Notes under the pieces: generated by a model | Told to the model about the DNA's origin: nothing | Databases searched by the model: none | What the model saw: the letters and a program-made list of their open reading frames with translations, nothing else | Shown: piece after piece, positions 1-7,496 of the stretch | Layout: every line of letters starts with the position of its first letter | Position numbering within the stretch: the first letter of the stretch is position 1 | IMG/VR virus record: IMGVR_UViG_3300050505_000421 | Coordinates: 1-26,578 of that record | Length of the DNA: 26,578 nt | Direction: 5' to 3' (one strand) | Source of the DNA: a virus | Made by a program: the position numbers and the translations under genes

Positions 1-143
1 CTCTCCGCACTCTCCGCCCTCTCCGCCCTCTCCGCACTCCACGCCGCACTCGCCGCACTCTCCGCACTCCACGCCGCACTCCTCGCCGCACTCCACGTCG
101 CACTCCTCTCCGCACTCCTCGCCGCACTCCTCGCCGCACTCCA
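1..143. repeat. Imperfect 9/12-bp tandem repeats (CTCCGCA / CGCCGCACTC) encoding SAA/SAE/WSA
   Basis: Visible directly in the sequence. Confidence 0.9.
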
Positions 144-584
144 CGTCGTGTCGGGAATCGCTTCGCCACTCGCAGCACGATCGCAAAGATCGATCACGGT
201 CTCGCACGCAGACAAAGCCCCCGCGTTCGTCGTATGCCGCACAGCTTCGCGAACAACGACCGCCTTGACACGGTACTCCAGGCGGCGCCACGTCTCGGTA
301 TCAAGCACATGCCAGCTCGCAGCGAGATCAGCGAACCGGAACACAGTCTCCATCCAGTTCTCTTCACTCCCCGCGTCATCGATCCAAGGCGTCAGGTGCG
401 CCAACCAAGCGGGCATGAGCTCGGCAGGGCAAGCCGCGGCGCTCCCATCCCTTCCGCACTCCGGAACGAGTGCGGCCAGAAGACAAGCCGTCGCGCGACC
501 AGCATCATCTTGGCTTGCCCACTCTTTGCGCGTCAGGCGCCCTTCGTTCAAGAAGGTTTCGAGGCGGTCCGTGTACACGCTCAT
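1..584 (-). CDS. Hypothetical protein with C-terminal Ser/Ala/Trp low-complexity repeats (3'-partial); paralog of 7497-8135
   Basis: ATG at 584 after AAGGAGG. Translates MSVYTDRLETFLNEGRL...CLLAALVP...MPAWLAHLTPWIDDAGSEENW...WSAARSAA and runs off the window edge, so it is absent from the ORF track. Confidence 0.85.
   Translation of the reverse strand, partial: MSVYTDRLETFLNEGRLTRKEWASQDDAGRATACLLAALVPECGRDGSAAACPAELMPAWLAHLTPWIDDAGSEENWMETVFRFADLAASWHVLDTETWRRLEYRVKAVVVREAVRHTTNAGALSACETVIDLCDRAASGEAIPDTTWSAARSAARSAERSATWSAARSAAWSAESAASAAWSAERAERAESAE
304..401. repeat. 98-bp exact direct repeat, copy 1 (copy 2 at 7864-7961)
   Basis: Base-by-base identity from AGCACATGCCAGC to GTCAGGTGCGC. 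Confidence 0.95.
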
Positions 585-748
585 GTGTCCTCCTTCCGCA
601 GTTTCTTCGCGAGGACCACCGCTTCACGAAGCGCGGCGTCCAAGGCATTGAGTGCGGTGAAGTCCGGCAGGTCCGAATCCTCGTTCTCGACCACGGCTAC
701 CTGCGCGGCGATGAGCGCGCGCAAGAGCTTGACAGGGATGCCCCGCAT
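581..748 (-). CDS. Hypothetical protein (~55 aa)
   Basis: Start (GTG)ATG overlaps the upstream stop, and its own stop overlaps the next ATG. Confidence 0.7.
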   Translation of the reverse strand: MRGIPVKLLRALIAAQVAVVENEDSDLPDFTALNALDAALREAVVLAKKLRKEDT

Positions 749-1023
749 CACAGCACGTCCACCGGCGTGAGGCCGCGCTTCTTCTGGTTCTCCCCGATCC
801 AGGTCGGGTACTTGAAGAGCTTCTTCGTACGACCACACGAACGGGAACGCCGCTGCTTCGTGCTCTTGGTCCGCTTCCCGTTCGCCTTCGTTCCGAACTT
901 GATGACGTCGACAGCGCGCAGGCTACCGGCGCAGCGGTAGAGAATGCCGCCCATCGAGTCCGATGCGAAACGCGGCCTGAGTTCCCCGCCGCAGACGCAA
1001 GTAAGTCCCATGATCATGTTCAC
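748..1023 (-). CDS. Basic Cys-containing hypothetical protein (possible zinc ribbon)
   Basis: ORF track; CVC...C...C; RBS AAAGGAAG. Confidence 0.75.
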   Translation of the reverse strand: MNMIMGLTCVCGGELRPRFASDSMGGILYRCAGSLRAVDVIKFGTKANGKRTKSTKQRRSRSCGRTKKLFKYPTWIGENQKKRGLTPVDVL

Positions 1024-1028
1024 TTCTT

Positions 1029-1041
1029 CCTTTCGGTTGGT
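1029..1041 (-). promoter_or_regulatory. Gene-boundary motif variant ACCAACCGAAAGG
   Basis: Variant of the 13-bp repeat, just upstream of a start codon. Confidence 0.55.
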
Positions 1042-1052
1042 GGCTGTATCGT

Positions 1053-1490
1053 TCAGCGGATCTTGTGGCAGAGGCAGCGGTCCTGCTCGCAGTTCTCGCA
1101 GGCCTTGTCCTTCACTTCCTCTTCCACTTCGTCTTCGTCTTCCGGTGAGTAATGGGCGTACGCGTCGTCTCGTTCAGCCTGGTGTTCGGCATCGACGTCA
1201 TCATCTACGTGGTAGTCGTAGTCGTCATACATGTAGTCTTCGACCCAAGGATCGAACTCCCGCGCCTCGCGTCGGGGAAACAGCAAGTCCCAAGCCGTGG
1301 TCAAGGCGTCGAGGGACACGTCGCTGCTCGGCTTGTTGGCGAACGCCCAAAGCCACGCCTCGTCCTCAGACTTCCCGAGGAGCTCAAGGTAGATGGCCAA
1401 GCGCAAGACCTTCTTCACGTCGGCGGGGGCGAGGCTCCAGTCCGCAAGCGCGACGGTGAGAAGGTCGTTCAGTTCTTTGCGGTCGAGCAT
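1053..1490 (-). CDS. Hypothetical protein with acidic tail and terminal Cys cluster
   Basis: ORF track; RBS GAGGA; D/E-rich C-half; CENC-x4-CLC. Confidence 0.85.
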   Translation of the reverse strand: MLDRKELNDLLTVALADWSLAPADVKKVLRLAIYLELLGKSEDEAWLWAFANKPSSDVSLDALTTAWDLLFPRREAREFDPWVEDYMYDDYDYHVDDDVDAEHQAERDDAYAHYSPEDEDEVEEEVKDKACENCEQDRCLCHKIR

Positions 1491-1511
1491 TAGTCCTCGT
1501 TGAGATGGGCA

Positions 1512-1793
1512 CTAGGAACAGTCAGTGCCAAACTCTAACTCCATCTTCGACGGCAACTCAAACTCTTCCGTACACTCGAGACAGATCAAGCGCACGTCGC
1601 GTGAGTCTGTGTCGTAAACGTCGAAGTTCTCAGCATCACTTACGATGAGCACCTTTCCAATAAAGCCGATTACGGCTCGGTTTGCGGTTACCTCTTCGAG
1701 GTAGTTGATGCGTTCCGTGTCCGCGTTCTTGCACGCGGGACACACTGGTTTTGTGTCATCGGCGCTAGCGCGGCGGGGTGGGTTGGTGATCAC
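1512..1793 (-). CDS. Zinc-ribbon hypothetical protein
   Basis: GTG start overlaps the radC stop (GTGA); CPAC...CLEC. Confidence 0.75.
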   Translation of the reverse strand: MITNPPRRASADDTKPVCPACKNADTERINYLEEVTANRAVIGFIGKVLIVSDAENFDVYDTDSRDVRLICLECTEEFELPSKMELEFGTDCS

Positions 1794-2236
1794 AGGCGCT
1801 CCGTCAGACCCGCGTCGTAGAAACTGAAGTGCGCCCCGTCCGCACCGATGATCACGTGATCGAGCAGATCGACACCGAGAAGCGAGCACGCCTCGCTCAG
1901 TCGCTTCGTGAGCATTCGGTCTTCCGCGCTCGGCTGCACGTCTCCGCTTGGATGGTTGTGCGCAACCACCAGCGCCTTGCTGGCACACAGGAAGGCGGTG
2001 CCTAGGAGATCGGTCGGCCTGACCGGCACACTGGTCACCTGGCCATCCGTGCGAACGTAGCCAATCGGGCGCAGTCTGCCATCCAAGTAGATGGCGATGA
2101 ACGACTCCCGCGTGTTGTTCTCAAGGAGAGGGCGAAGCATCGCGGCTACGTCCGCCGACGTGGTCAGCGGCTTGCGCCCGTCGAACTTCAGGTTCGCACC
2201 CTTAACGTAGCGAACCTCCATCTCACGGCATTCCAT
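1790..2236 (-). CDS. radC: RadC-family JAB/MPN domain protein (stand-alone, no HhH)
   Basis: RESFIAIYLD, AHNHPSGDVQPSAED and LLDHVIIG are the RadC signature motifs. Confidence 0.93.
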   Translation of the reverse strand: MECREMEVRYVKGANLKFDGRKPLTTSADVAAMLRPLLENNTRESFIAIYLDGRLRPIGYVRTDGQVTSVPVRPTDLLGTAFLCASKALVVAHNHPSGDVQPSAEDRMLTKRLSEACSLLGVDLLDHVIIGADGAHFSFYDAGLTERL

Positions 2237-2238
2237 GG

Positions 2239-2697
2239 TTACACCTGTCCCGTGTTGACGTAGCCGCAACCGCACTCCACATCGTGCACGCGGCGAGCCT
2301 CGTCATCGTCTCCGAACTTCTTGCAGTTGTCACAACGCTGGATCTCGAAGGCGTCGTGCCCATCCGCGAAGGCATGGTCCCAACCTGTTACAAGCAGCCA
2401 TGCCGCGTCACACCCGCAGTTCTTGCCGCGAACTTCCGCCTTCCAATCCCGGTAGGTGAGCATTGCGTTTTGGTTCCCGTCACCGACAAGAACCTCACAG
2501 CGAGGGCAGTACACGTCATCACCATAGTCTGGTCCTACCGGAATGTTGTCGTTCACCCCGACCCACCACAGGACTTGGATCTCCGGCGAGCCGCAACGTC
2601 CGCACACGTACAACATGTCGTTGGGTGGTTGCGGCATCGGCTGCACTTGGCTTCGCCACTCCGCGATCGTTCGCATCGCAAGCTTCGTGTTACTCAT
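2239..2697 (-). CDS. Multi-CxxC zinc-binding hypothetical protein
   Basis: CGRC, CPRC, CGC, CDNC, CGC. Confidence 0.8.
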   Translation of the reverse strand: MSNTKLAMRTIAEWRSQVQPMPQPPNDMLYVCGRCGSPEIQVLWWVGVNDNIPVGPDYGDDVYCPRCEVLVGDGNQNAMLTYRDWKAEVRGKNCGCDAAWLLVTGWDHAFADGHDAFEIQRCDNCKKFGDDDEARRVHDVECGCGYVNTGQV

Positions 2698-2966
2698 CCC
2701 TTACCTCCCAGCCTTCGCTCGACTTCGTTTCGAAGATGGACCGCAAACTGTGCCAGTGTCGGGGCGTGCTGTCTGTCCCGCGGTTCCAAAGCTGACGCGG
2801 CTGCGGCCAAGTAACTCGCCATGATCTGTGCCTCCGCTACTGCCTTCGCGCAGTCGCGTTCCGCACGCAGCGCCTCCAGGCGTGCGCGTTCCGCACGCAG
2901 CGCCTCCAGGCGTGCGCGTTCCGCACGCAGCGCCTCCAGGCGTGCGCGTGTCACGTCGTCTCCCAT
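2694..2966 (-). CDS. Hypothetical protein with 3x RARLEALRAE repeat
   Basis: ATG at 2966 after AAGGAGAAAAG; stop overlaps the next ATG. Confidence 0.8.
   Translation of the reverse strand: MGDDVTRARLEALRAERARLEALRAERARLEALRAERDCAKAVAEAQIMASYLAAAASALEPRDRQHAPTLAQFAVHLRNEVERRLGGKG
2855..2949. repeat. Perfect 30-bp tandem repeat, 3 copies plus 5 bp
   Basis: CGCGTTCCGCACGCAGCGCCTCCAGGCGTG x3. Confidence 0.95.
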
Positions 2967-2973
2967 CTTTTCT

Positions 2974-2986
2974 CCTTGTGCTTGGT
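2974..2986 (-). promoter_or_regulatory. Gene-boundary motif ACCAAGCACAAGG
   Basis: Consensus copy between a stop (2989) and an ATG (2966). Confidence 0.8.
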
Positions 2987-2988
2987 GG

Positions 2989-3171
2989 CTACGGCTTGCG
3001 CTTGGCGTCGACGTAGGCCTTGAAGATCTGATAATTGCGGATGTCCTGCGGTGCGCAGGTCTGGATAGCCTGCCACTCAAGGCGCCGGAGCTCTCGCTCG
3101 AGCTTGATCACTTCGACTGGTACAGGTGGCGAACGGCGCTTGAAGTCGTCGTTGGTCAACGTGATGTCCAT
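2989..3171 (-). CDS. Hypothetical protein (60 aa)
   Basis: ORF track, start trimmed to ATG 3171. Confidence 0.7.
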   Translation of the reverse strand: MDITLTNDDFKRRSPPVPVEVIKLERELRRLEWQAIQTCAPQDIRNYQIFKAYVDAKRKP

Positions 3172-3196
3172 GATAACACACTGGTCCTGTGAGCAG

Positions 3197-3209
3197 ACCA
3201 AACACAGGG
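3197..3209 (+). promoter_or_regulatory. Gene-boundary motif ACCAAACACAGGG, antisense to local genes
   Basis: Intergenic, followed by AAGAAG. Confidence 0.65.
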
Positions 3210-3219
3210 AAGAAGCGAT

Positions 3220-3305
3220 AGCCCGGCACCGCCCAGGCGCCCGACGACTACGCAGGCAGAATTACCTGCGGCGAAGTTTCCCCGAACTCTAGGCGGTGCC
3301 GGGCT
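3220..3305 (-). ncRNA. Candidate structured RNA: 17-bp closing stem around 2-3 internal hairpins
   Basis: Minus strand AGCCCGGCACCGCCTAG pairs with CTGGGCGGTGCCGGGCT. Inner stem CGCAGGTA/TGCCTGCG. The mismatches are G-U wobbles only on the minus strand. Confidence 0.55.
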
Positions 3306-3309
3306 GATT

Positions 3310-3585
3310 TCAGTTCCCTCCCATACTCTCACCGGTGATCGCCTTGAACAGCGTGCACACAGCGGAGTAGGTCTCTACCTTCATGGTGGTGTACGCATAC
3401 ACGAAGACCACACGCTTGCGGCGTTCCTGCTCTGCAGGATTGGAGGCACGGGCACGCCACTTGAACAGCGCGCTGTCGAGCACAGCACGGTAGTCCAACT
3501 CATAGTCCGAGCCTGTGGACATCTGGGCTAGGCTGCGCACTTCGAGCAGTGCGAAGTCCGGGTCGTCGTCGAATGGCTTCTTCAC
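3310..3585 (-). CDS. Hypothetical protein
   Basis: GTG 3585 after GGGAGG, overlapping the upstream stop. Confidence 0.75.
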   Translation of the reverse strand: MKKPFDDDPDFALLEVRSLAQMSTGSDYELDYRAVLDSALFKWRARASNPAEQERRKRVVFVYAYTTMKVETYSAVCTLFKAITGESMGGN

Positions 3586-4205
3586 CGACGGTCCTCCCAC
3601 GCCTTCTCGAGCAGCGGCCACAGCTTCTCGTCCACGTGTCCCTTCATGCCGTCGAGGTCATCGCCGATGAAGCCGTAGCAGGAGTCCTCGACCTCCCAAT
3701 GGATGAAGTCTTCGGAGCAGGTGGTACCCTTCTCGATCACGTATCCCCAACAGTTCCCCTGGATGAATTCGTCGTACGTTTCGACCTCCTGCTTGAGGTA
3801 CTTCCGGATCTCGGCGCGGTGCCCGTCGGTGATCGGCTCGTCCGGTTTCAAGCCGAGGCCTTCTCGCATCTTCTCCGGCGTGGCAACGATCCAGCCGACC
3901 TGCCCGGAATCCCAGCGCCCCGGGTCGCAGTCGTCGAACGACGACGTCCGCATCGAGATGCCGCTGTGGTCGATGAGCCAGAGGTCCAGCACGACGCTGC
4001 CCTCCGGTACGTTCTCCTCGAACCAAGCCTGCGGGTCGCGCTTCGGCTGCACGTCGCCGAGGTTATAGTTGCGATGCCAACACGCCATCAGGCCGGTGTT
4101 GCTCCATTCGCGCGGGCTATCTGCGTACTCATCGCGCACAACGCGAATCCGCACCTGCTCCTTGGCTTCCGGCTTCTTCGTTCGCTTCGTCTGGGTCGAT
4201 GGCAT
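3582..4205 (-). CDS. Conserved phage/plasmid hypothetical protein (DHSG...WDSGQVG type)
   Basis: Motifs SPREW, DHSGISM, WDSGQVGW, EVETYD..G..WGY and DSCYGF recalled from mobile-element hypothetical proteins; not database-checked. Confidence 0.85.
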   Translation of the reverse strand: MPSTQTKRTKKPEAKEQVRIRVVRDEYADSPREWSNTGLMACWHRNYNLGDVQPKRDPQAWFEENVPEGSVVLDLWLIDHSGISMRTSSFDDCDPGRWDSGQVGWIVATPEKMREGLGLKPDEPITDGHRAEIRKYLKQEVETYDEFIQGNCWGYVIEKGTTCSEDFIHWEVEDSCYGFIGDDLDGMKGHVDEKLWPLLEKAWEDRR

Positions 4206-4224
4206 TTGTCTTTCATCCTTCCAC

Positions 4225-4611
4225 CTACTCGAAAGTTTGGCTGTCGGCGAATTCGGCGAGTACCTTCACGAAGGTCGGTAAAACAAAACACAGAGCAAGC
4301 CACATGTTTGGGCCCGTGCGCTTGTGACCGCGTGCTCCACCGAGGTGTTCCGGCCATTCTTCGACGCGGTACAAGACCGCCTCGCCGTTGGGTGTACCCA
4401 TGTCGTGGTAGGCACACACGTACACGGAGCGGTTCGAGGACGGACGGCGTGCGTGGAAGGACACTTCCCCCCACACAGCAACACCACCGGCGTTGAAGTG
4501 TACTGGCGATACTTCAAAGCCGATCGCCTTAAGGCCGCGAGACAAGGAGTTCAGTACACGGCGTGCACGGTGCTCCCACAGTTTCTTGGCCCCACCGGCA
4601 GGGGCAGTCAC
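4225..4611 (-). CDS. Hypothetical protein (NAGGVAVWGEVSFH motif)
   Basis: ORF track. Resembles an NxxG.AVSGEVTLH-type mobile-element family (recalled, unverified). Confidence 0.75.
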   Translation of the reverse strand: MTAPAGGAKKLWEHRARRVLNSLSRGLKAIGFEVSPVHFNAGGVAVWGEVSFHARRPSSNRSVYVCAYHDMGTPNGEAVLYRVEEWPEHLGGARGHKRTGPNMWLALCFVLPTFVKVLAEFADSQTFE

Positions 4612-4847
4612 TTGGTCTTCCCCGCCGGCTGGCGCGCCTTCTCCATCTGCGCCGTGATGCGTGCACGCTCCCGCTTCGCGGAGAGACTGCCAAGTCGAGC
4701 GAGCCGCTCCTTCAGAGAGAGCGCGCCGTACACGGCGCTACGGTCGGCTGCTTCGGCGCGACGCTTCGCCTTCGCCTGGCGGGCGATCCCCTTCGGACCA
4801 CGGTTGACCCGCCCGTGGGCGTTGACCGGCTTCGTGTTCCTGCTCAT
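4608..4847 (-). CDS. Small, highly basic hypothetical protein
   Basis: ATG 4847 after the boundary motif/RBS; K/R-rich. Confidence 0.8.
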   Translation of the reverse strand: MSRNTKPVNAHGRVNRGPKGIARQAKAKRRAEAADRSAVYGALSLKERLARLGSLSAKRERARITAQMEKARQPAGKTK

Positions 4848-4860
4848 GGTGTTCTTTCTT

Positions 4861-4873
4861 CCTTGTGTTTGGT
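4861..4873 (-). promoter_or_regulatory. Gene-boundary motif ACCAAACACAAGG
   Basis: 6 nt downstream of the tRNA-Gln CCA. Confidence 0.8.
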
Positions 4874-4879
4874 TTGAAC

Positions 4880-4953
4880 TGGTTCCGGGAGGAGGATTCA
4901 AACCTCCGTCATCGCATCCAAAGTGCGAGGTCCTGTCGCTAAACGATCCCGGA
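4880..4953 (-). tRNA. tRNA-Gln(UUG) with encoded CCA
   Basis: Acceptor TCCGGGA/TCCCGGA; D stem GTTT/GGAC; anticodon arm TCGCA-CTTTGGA-TGCGA; T arm GGAGG-TTTGAAT-CCTCC; ACCA end. Confidence 0.92.
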
Positions 4954-4964
4954 TCAGGGTTCTA

Positions 4965-5414
4965 CTACTCATCCAACCATACGAGTGCGTGTGTGCGCCA
5001 GAATTCTACCGAGATAACCGTAGCCAGATGACTCCATGGCTCGGGCGGTGCGGTCTTGCCGACGTAGGCCGTGCTCAAGACGAAGACTTCCGTCATCGTC
5101 TTGTTCCGCTTGAGCACGACCGTGACGAAGCGCGTCGGCTCCGGCTTGCGGTTGTGCACGAAGCGCGTGGGGCCCTTCCGGCCCGTACGCTTGTGGAAGA
5201 AGACGTCATCCGCTTCCGTCGTTGCGACGCACTGTGACGCACCGACTACGCGGTCGAACTCGATCTCCCGTACGATGATGTCGTCCTCGGGTTGCGCGAC
5301 CACCTCGGACAGCGCCTTGTCGAGCAAGGGCAAGACAGCGGCGTGGTCCTGTACGTGCGAGTGACCGGGGCGGTCGACCACGAGATGGCCGCTGCCGAGG
5401 CGCCACATTCGCAT
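4965..5414 (-). CDS. Conserved hypothetical protein (R..R.G.TRFV.NRKPEP...PEPW...FW..HALVW type)
   Basis: ATG 5414 after GGGAGG with TGATG coupling; motif pattern recalled from phage hypotheticals. Confidence 0.85.
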   Translation of the reverse strand: MRMWRLGSGHLVVDRPGHSHVQDHAAVLPLLDKALSEVVAQPEDDIIVREIEFDRVVGASQCVATTEADDVFFHKRTGRKGPTRFVHNRKPEPTRFVTVVLKRNKTMTEVFVLSTAYVGKTAPPEPWSHLATVISVEFWRTHALVWLDE

Positions 5415-5632
5415 CAGAAATCCTCCCACTCAATTGTGATCCGTTCACAGCCCTCAAGCAGTTCGATCAGCCCTTCCACGTCCTTGAACTGGCGCCGGAA
5501 CTGCTCGGCGATGCGTGGGTGTTGATTCGCGGTCTCGATCGCTTCCTTGTACGACAGGCGCGCGCAGTCGAGCGCCCCTGCAAGTGCGGTGTGTTCGGGT
5601 CCGCTAAGCGCGCGTGTCATTCTCTTCGGCAT
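5414..5632 (-). CDS. Hypothetical protein
   Basis: ORF track trimmed to ATG 5632; RBS AAGGGG. Confidence 0.75.
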   Translation of the reverse strand: MPKRMTRALSGPEHTALAGALDCARLSYKEAIETANQHPRIAEQFRRQFKDVEGLIELLEGCERITIEWEDF

Positions 5633-5634
5633 GT

Positions 5635-6099
5635 TCACTTCCCCTTCTTCTCTTGGGCCTTGTGTAGACCCGCCAACAGATCCCGTGTGATGCCCTCGTA
5701 CGCCCCGCGGTCCTTGATCAGGGCACGTTGTGCCTGCGTTCGCGACCACTTCAGTTCGGCTCGCACGACTTCGCAGGTCTGGAGCGTTTCCCCGTCTTCC
5801 AGGGCAGCAAGGCCGGCGAAATACAGCCAGTCTACGATTAGATCCCAGATCACGTCCGGTTCGGGGACGGGCCGGTTCTCGTCGAAGCTGAGCGCCGGTG
5901 CTATTGCGGCGACAGGTGGTGCGGGCGCAGGTGTGCGCTTCGCTCGGAACTCGACGCGCACGCCGTAGTAAGCAGCACGCGCGGCATCGTCGGCGTGCGG
6001 GTCCTCTTCCGGTTGCGGCTGTGGCGTCGCGGCGGGTGAGGTGGTTGAGTTGTACTTGAAGTGTCTGTCGCCGAGGAAGCTCTCGTCGAAGATGGTCAT
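5635..6099 (-). CDS. Hypothetical protein with Pro/Ala-rich linkers
   Basis: ATG 6099 overlaps the upstream stop. Confidence 0.8.
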   Translation of the reverse strand: MTIFDESFLGDRHFKYNSTTSPAATPQPQPEEDPHADDAARAAYYGVRVEFRAKRTPAPAPPVAAIAPALSFDENRPVPEPDVIWDLIVDWLYFAGLAALEDGETLQTCEVVRAELKWSRTQAQRALIKDRGAYEGITRDLLAGLHKAQEKKGK

Positions 6100-6275
6100 C
6101 CGCCCACCCTCTTCATCTCGCACACGTCGATCGTGTTCAGGCTGTGCCGCTCTTCCATCTTCCGCATGTCGGCGACGTGGTGCTCACACGCGTTGCGTGT
6201 TACGAGTACCTTGCCTCTCCGAGAGATCAGGATGATTTTCGTCGCGGGCAAGTAGCACGGGCCCCATTCACACAT
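6096..6275 (-). CDS. Small Cys/His hypothetical protein
   Basis: ATG 6275 after GGAG; CEWGPC...CEHH. Confidence 0.7.
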   Translation of the reverse strand: MCEWGPCYLPATKIILISRRGKVLVTRNACEHHVADMRKMEERHSLNTIDVCEMKRVGG

Positions 6276-6279
6276 GGCG

Positions 6280-6900
6280 TTACTCTCCATAGAGGTACTC
6301 CTTGAAATTGCCGCGCACGTTCTTACCGCGCGTTGTGATCTGTGTCGCGCCATTCGCGGCACGCTTGAGGTAGCCTCGCTGGGCCAACGATTCGATGTGT
6401 GCTTCACTTCCGCCGTTGCGCCCTGTCAGTCTCCAGTGAACGAGATCCACCCTGGCGAGGAACTCCTGGCGGTACGGGCCGGACTTCAAGCAGGCAAAGG
6501 CGTACAGCACGGCCTGCTCGTCTTCGGTCAGCGCTTCAGGCGGCGGTGGCAGGAGCGGCGCGAAGTCCTCAGGCCGCACGTACAGCACAGCGAACACCTT
6601 GTCTCCGTCCGAACCCTTGAGCACCATCACCCCGCGCGGGATCGGATACAGTTCGTCGTCGAGGTCGACGGCGTTGTTCGCGTTGAAGATGTTCGCGCCT
6701 CCCCACGATCCCCACTTGGTCTTGGCTTCGCCGGTACGGAGCTCGACCGCGCAGAAGAAACCGCGGCGGCCCTTCTCTCCTGCTTCCATCGGAGAGATGG
6801 TGTCCTTGGCTACGACTTGGATGTCCGGCTTGCGGTAGCCGAGGCCGCGCAAGGCGTTCTGCACAGGCTGCGGGAGGTCGGCAGTCGGGAGGTAGGGCAT
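6280..6900 (-). CDS. Hypothetical protein (possible C-terminal winged-helix-like segment)
   Basis: ORF track; the ending 'SLAQRGYLKR...TQITTRGK' resembles a wHTH wing (inference). Confidence 0.85.
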   Translation of the reverse strand: MPYLPTADLPQPVQNALRGLGYRKPDIQVVAKDTISPMEAGEKGRRGFFCAVELRTGEAKTKWGSWGGANIFNANNAVDLDDELYPIPRGVMVLKGSDGDKVFAVLYVRPEDFAPLLPPPPEALTEDEQAVLYAFACLKSGPYRQEFLARVDLVHWRLTGRNGGSEAHIESLAQRGYLKRAANGATQITTRGKNVRGNFKEYLYGE

Positions 6901-6912
6901 TGAAGTCTTCCT

Positions 6913-6925
6913 CTTTGTGCTTGGT
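6913..6925 (-). promoter_or_regulatory. Gene-boundary motif ACCAAGCACAAAG
   Basis: Fills the intergenic gap 6901-6930. Confidence 0.75.
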
Positions 6926-6930
6926 TGCTT

Positions 6931-7494
6931 CTAGTAGTCCTGCGCCGCTTCGCGCAGCTTCCGCAGACCGTCCTCGCCGAGGCCGTTGCGCAGAGCCAGA
7001 CCGATCTCGAGGCAGTCCCGCCAAGTCTTCTCCGCCTTGCGGCTGTCCACGTCGAGACCGTAGTTCGTAGCCCACGCGTCGAAGGTGGAGTAATCGATCG
7101 CGTCGGCATCACAACTGAGGCTGTACAACACGTCGCAGGGATCGGGCAGGATGGGCTGTCCGAAACGCCGCATGAAGCCGGGCTTGTCGGTCACCGCTTT
7201 GCCGTGTTCTGTCTCGGCTTCGATCGCTTCCACGGCGTAAATGGTGCGGTGATCGAATTGACTGTAACTCGGACAGTGTGCGATGCCGGCGGTGTAGAAC
7301 GTGGTCAGGATCAGGCGGTCGGTGAAGCTGTAACCGGAGACGTTTGTGATCGTCGTCCTGCGCCACAGACCGACCTTCCAGTTGAGGGAGCGATCCTTAT
7401 CGCCTGCGTGGCGAGACTTCGACCACGGGATGAAGTCTGCCTTGACCGCAAGGCAGAGGTCCTTCATGACCTGTTCGAGTTCGGCACGAGCCAT
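6931..7494 (-). CDS. Conserved phage hypothetical protein (DVLYSL..D...F..W...G.D.DSRKAEK type)
   Basis: ATG 7494 after AAGGGA; motif recalled from phage hypotheticals. Confidence 0.85.
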   Translation of the reverse strand: MARAELEQVMKDLCLAVKADFIPWSKSRHAGDKDRSLNWKVGLWRRTTITNVSGYSFTDRLILTTFYTAGIAHCPSYSQFDHRTIYAVEAIEAETEHGKAVTDKPGFMRRFGQPILPDPCDVLYSLSCDADAIDYSTFDAWATNYGLDVDSRKAEKTWRDCLEIGLALRNGLGEDGLRKLREAAQDY

Positions 7495-7496
7495 CG

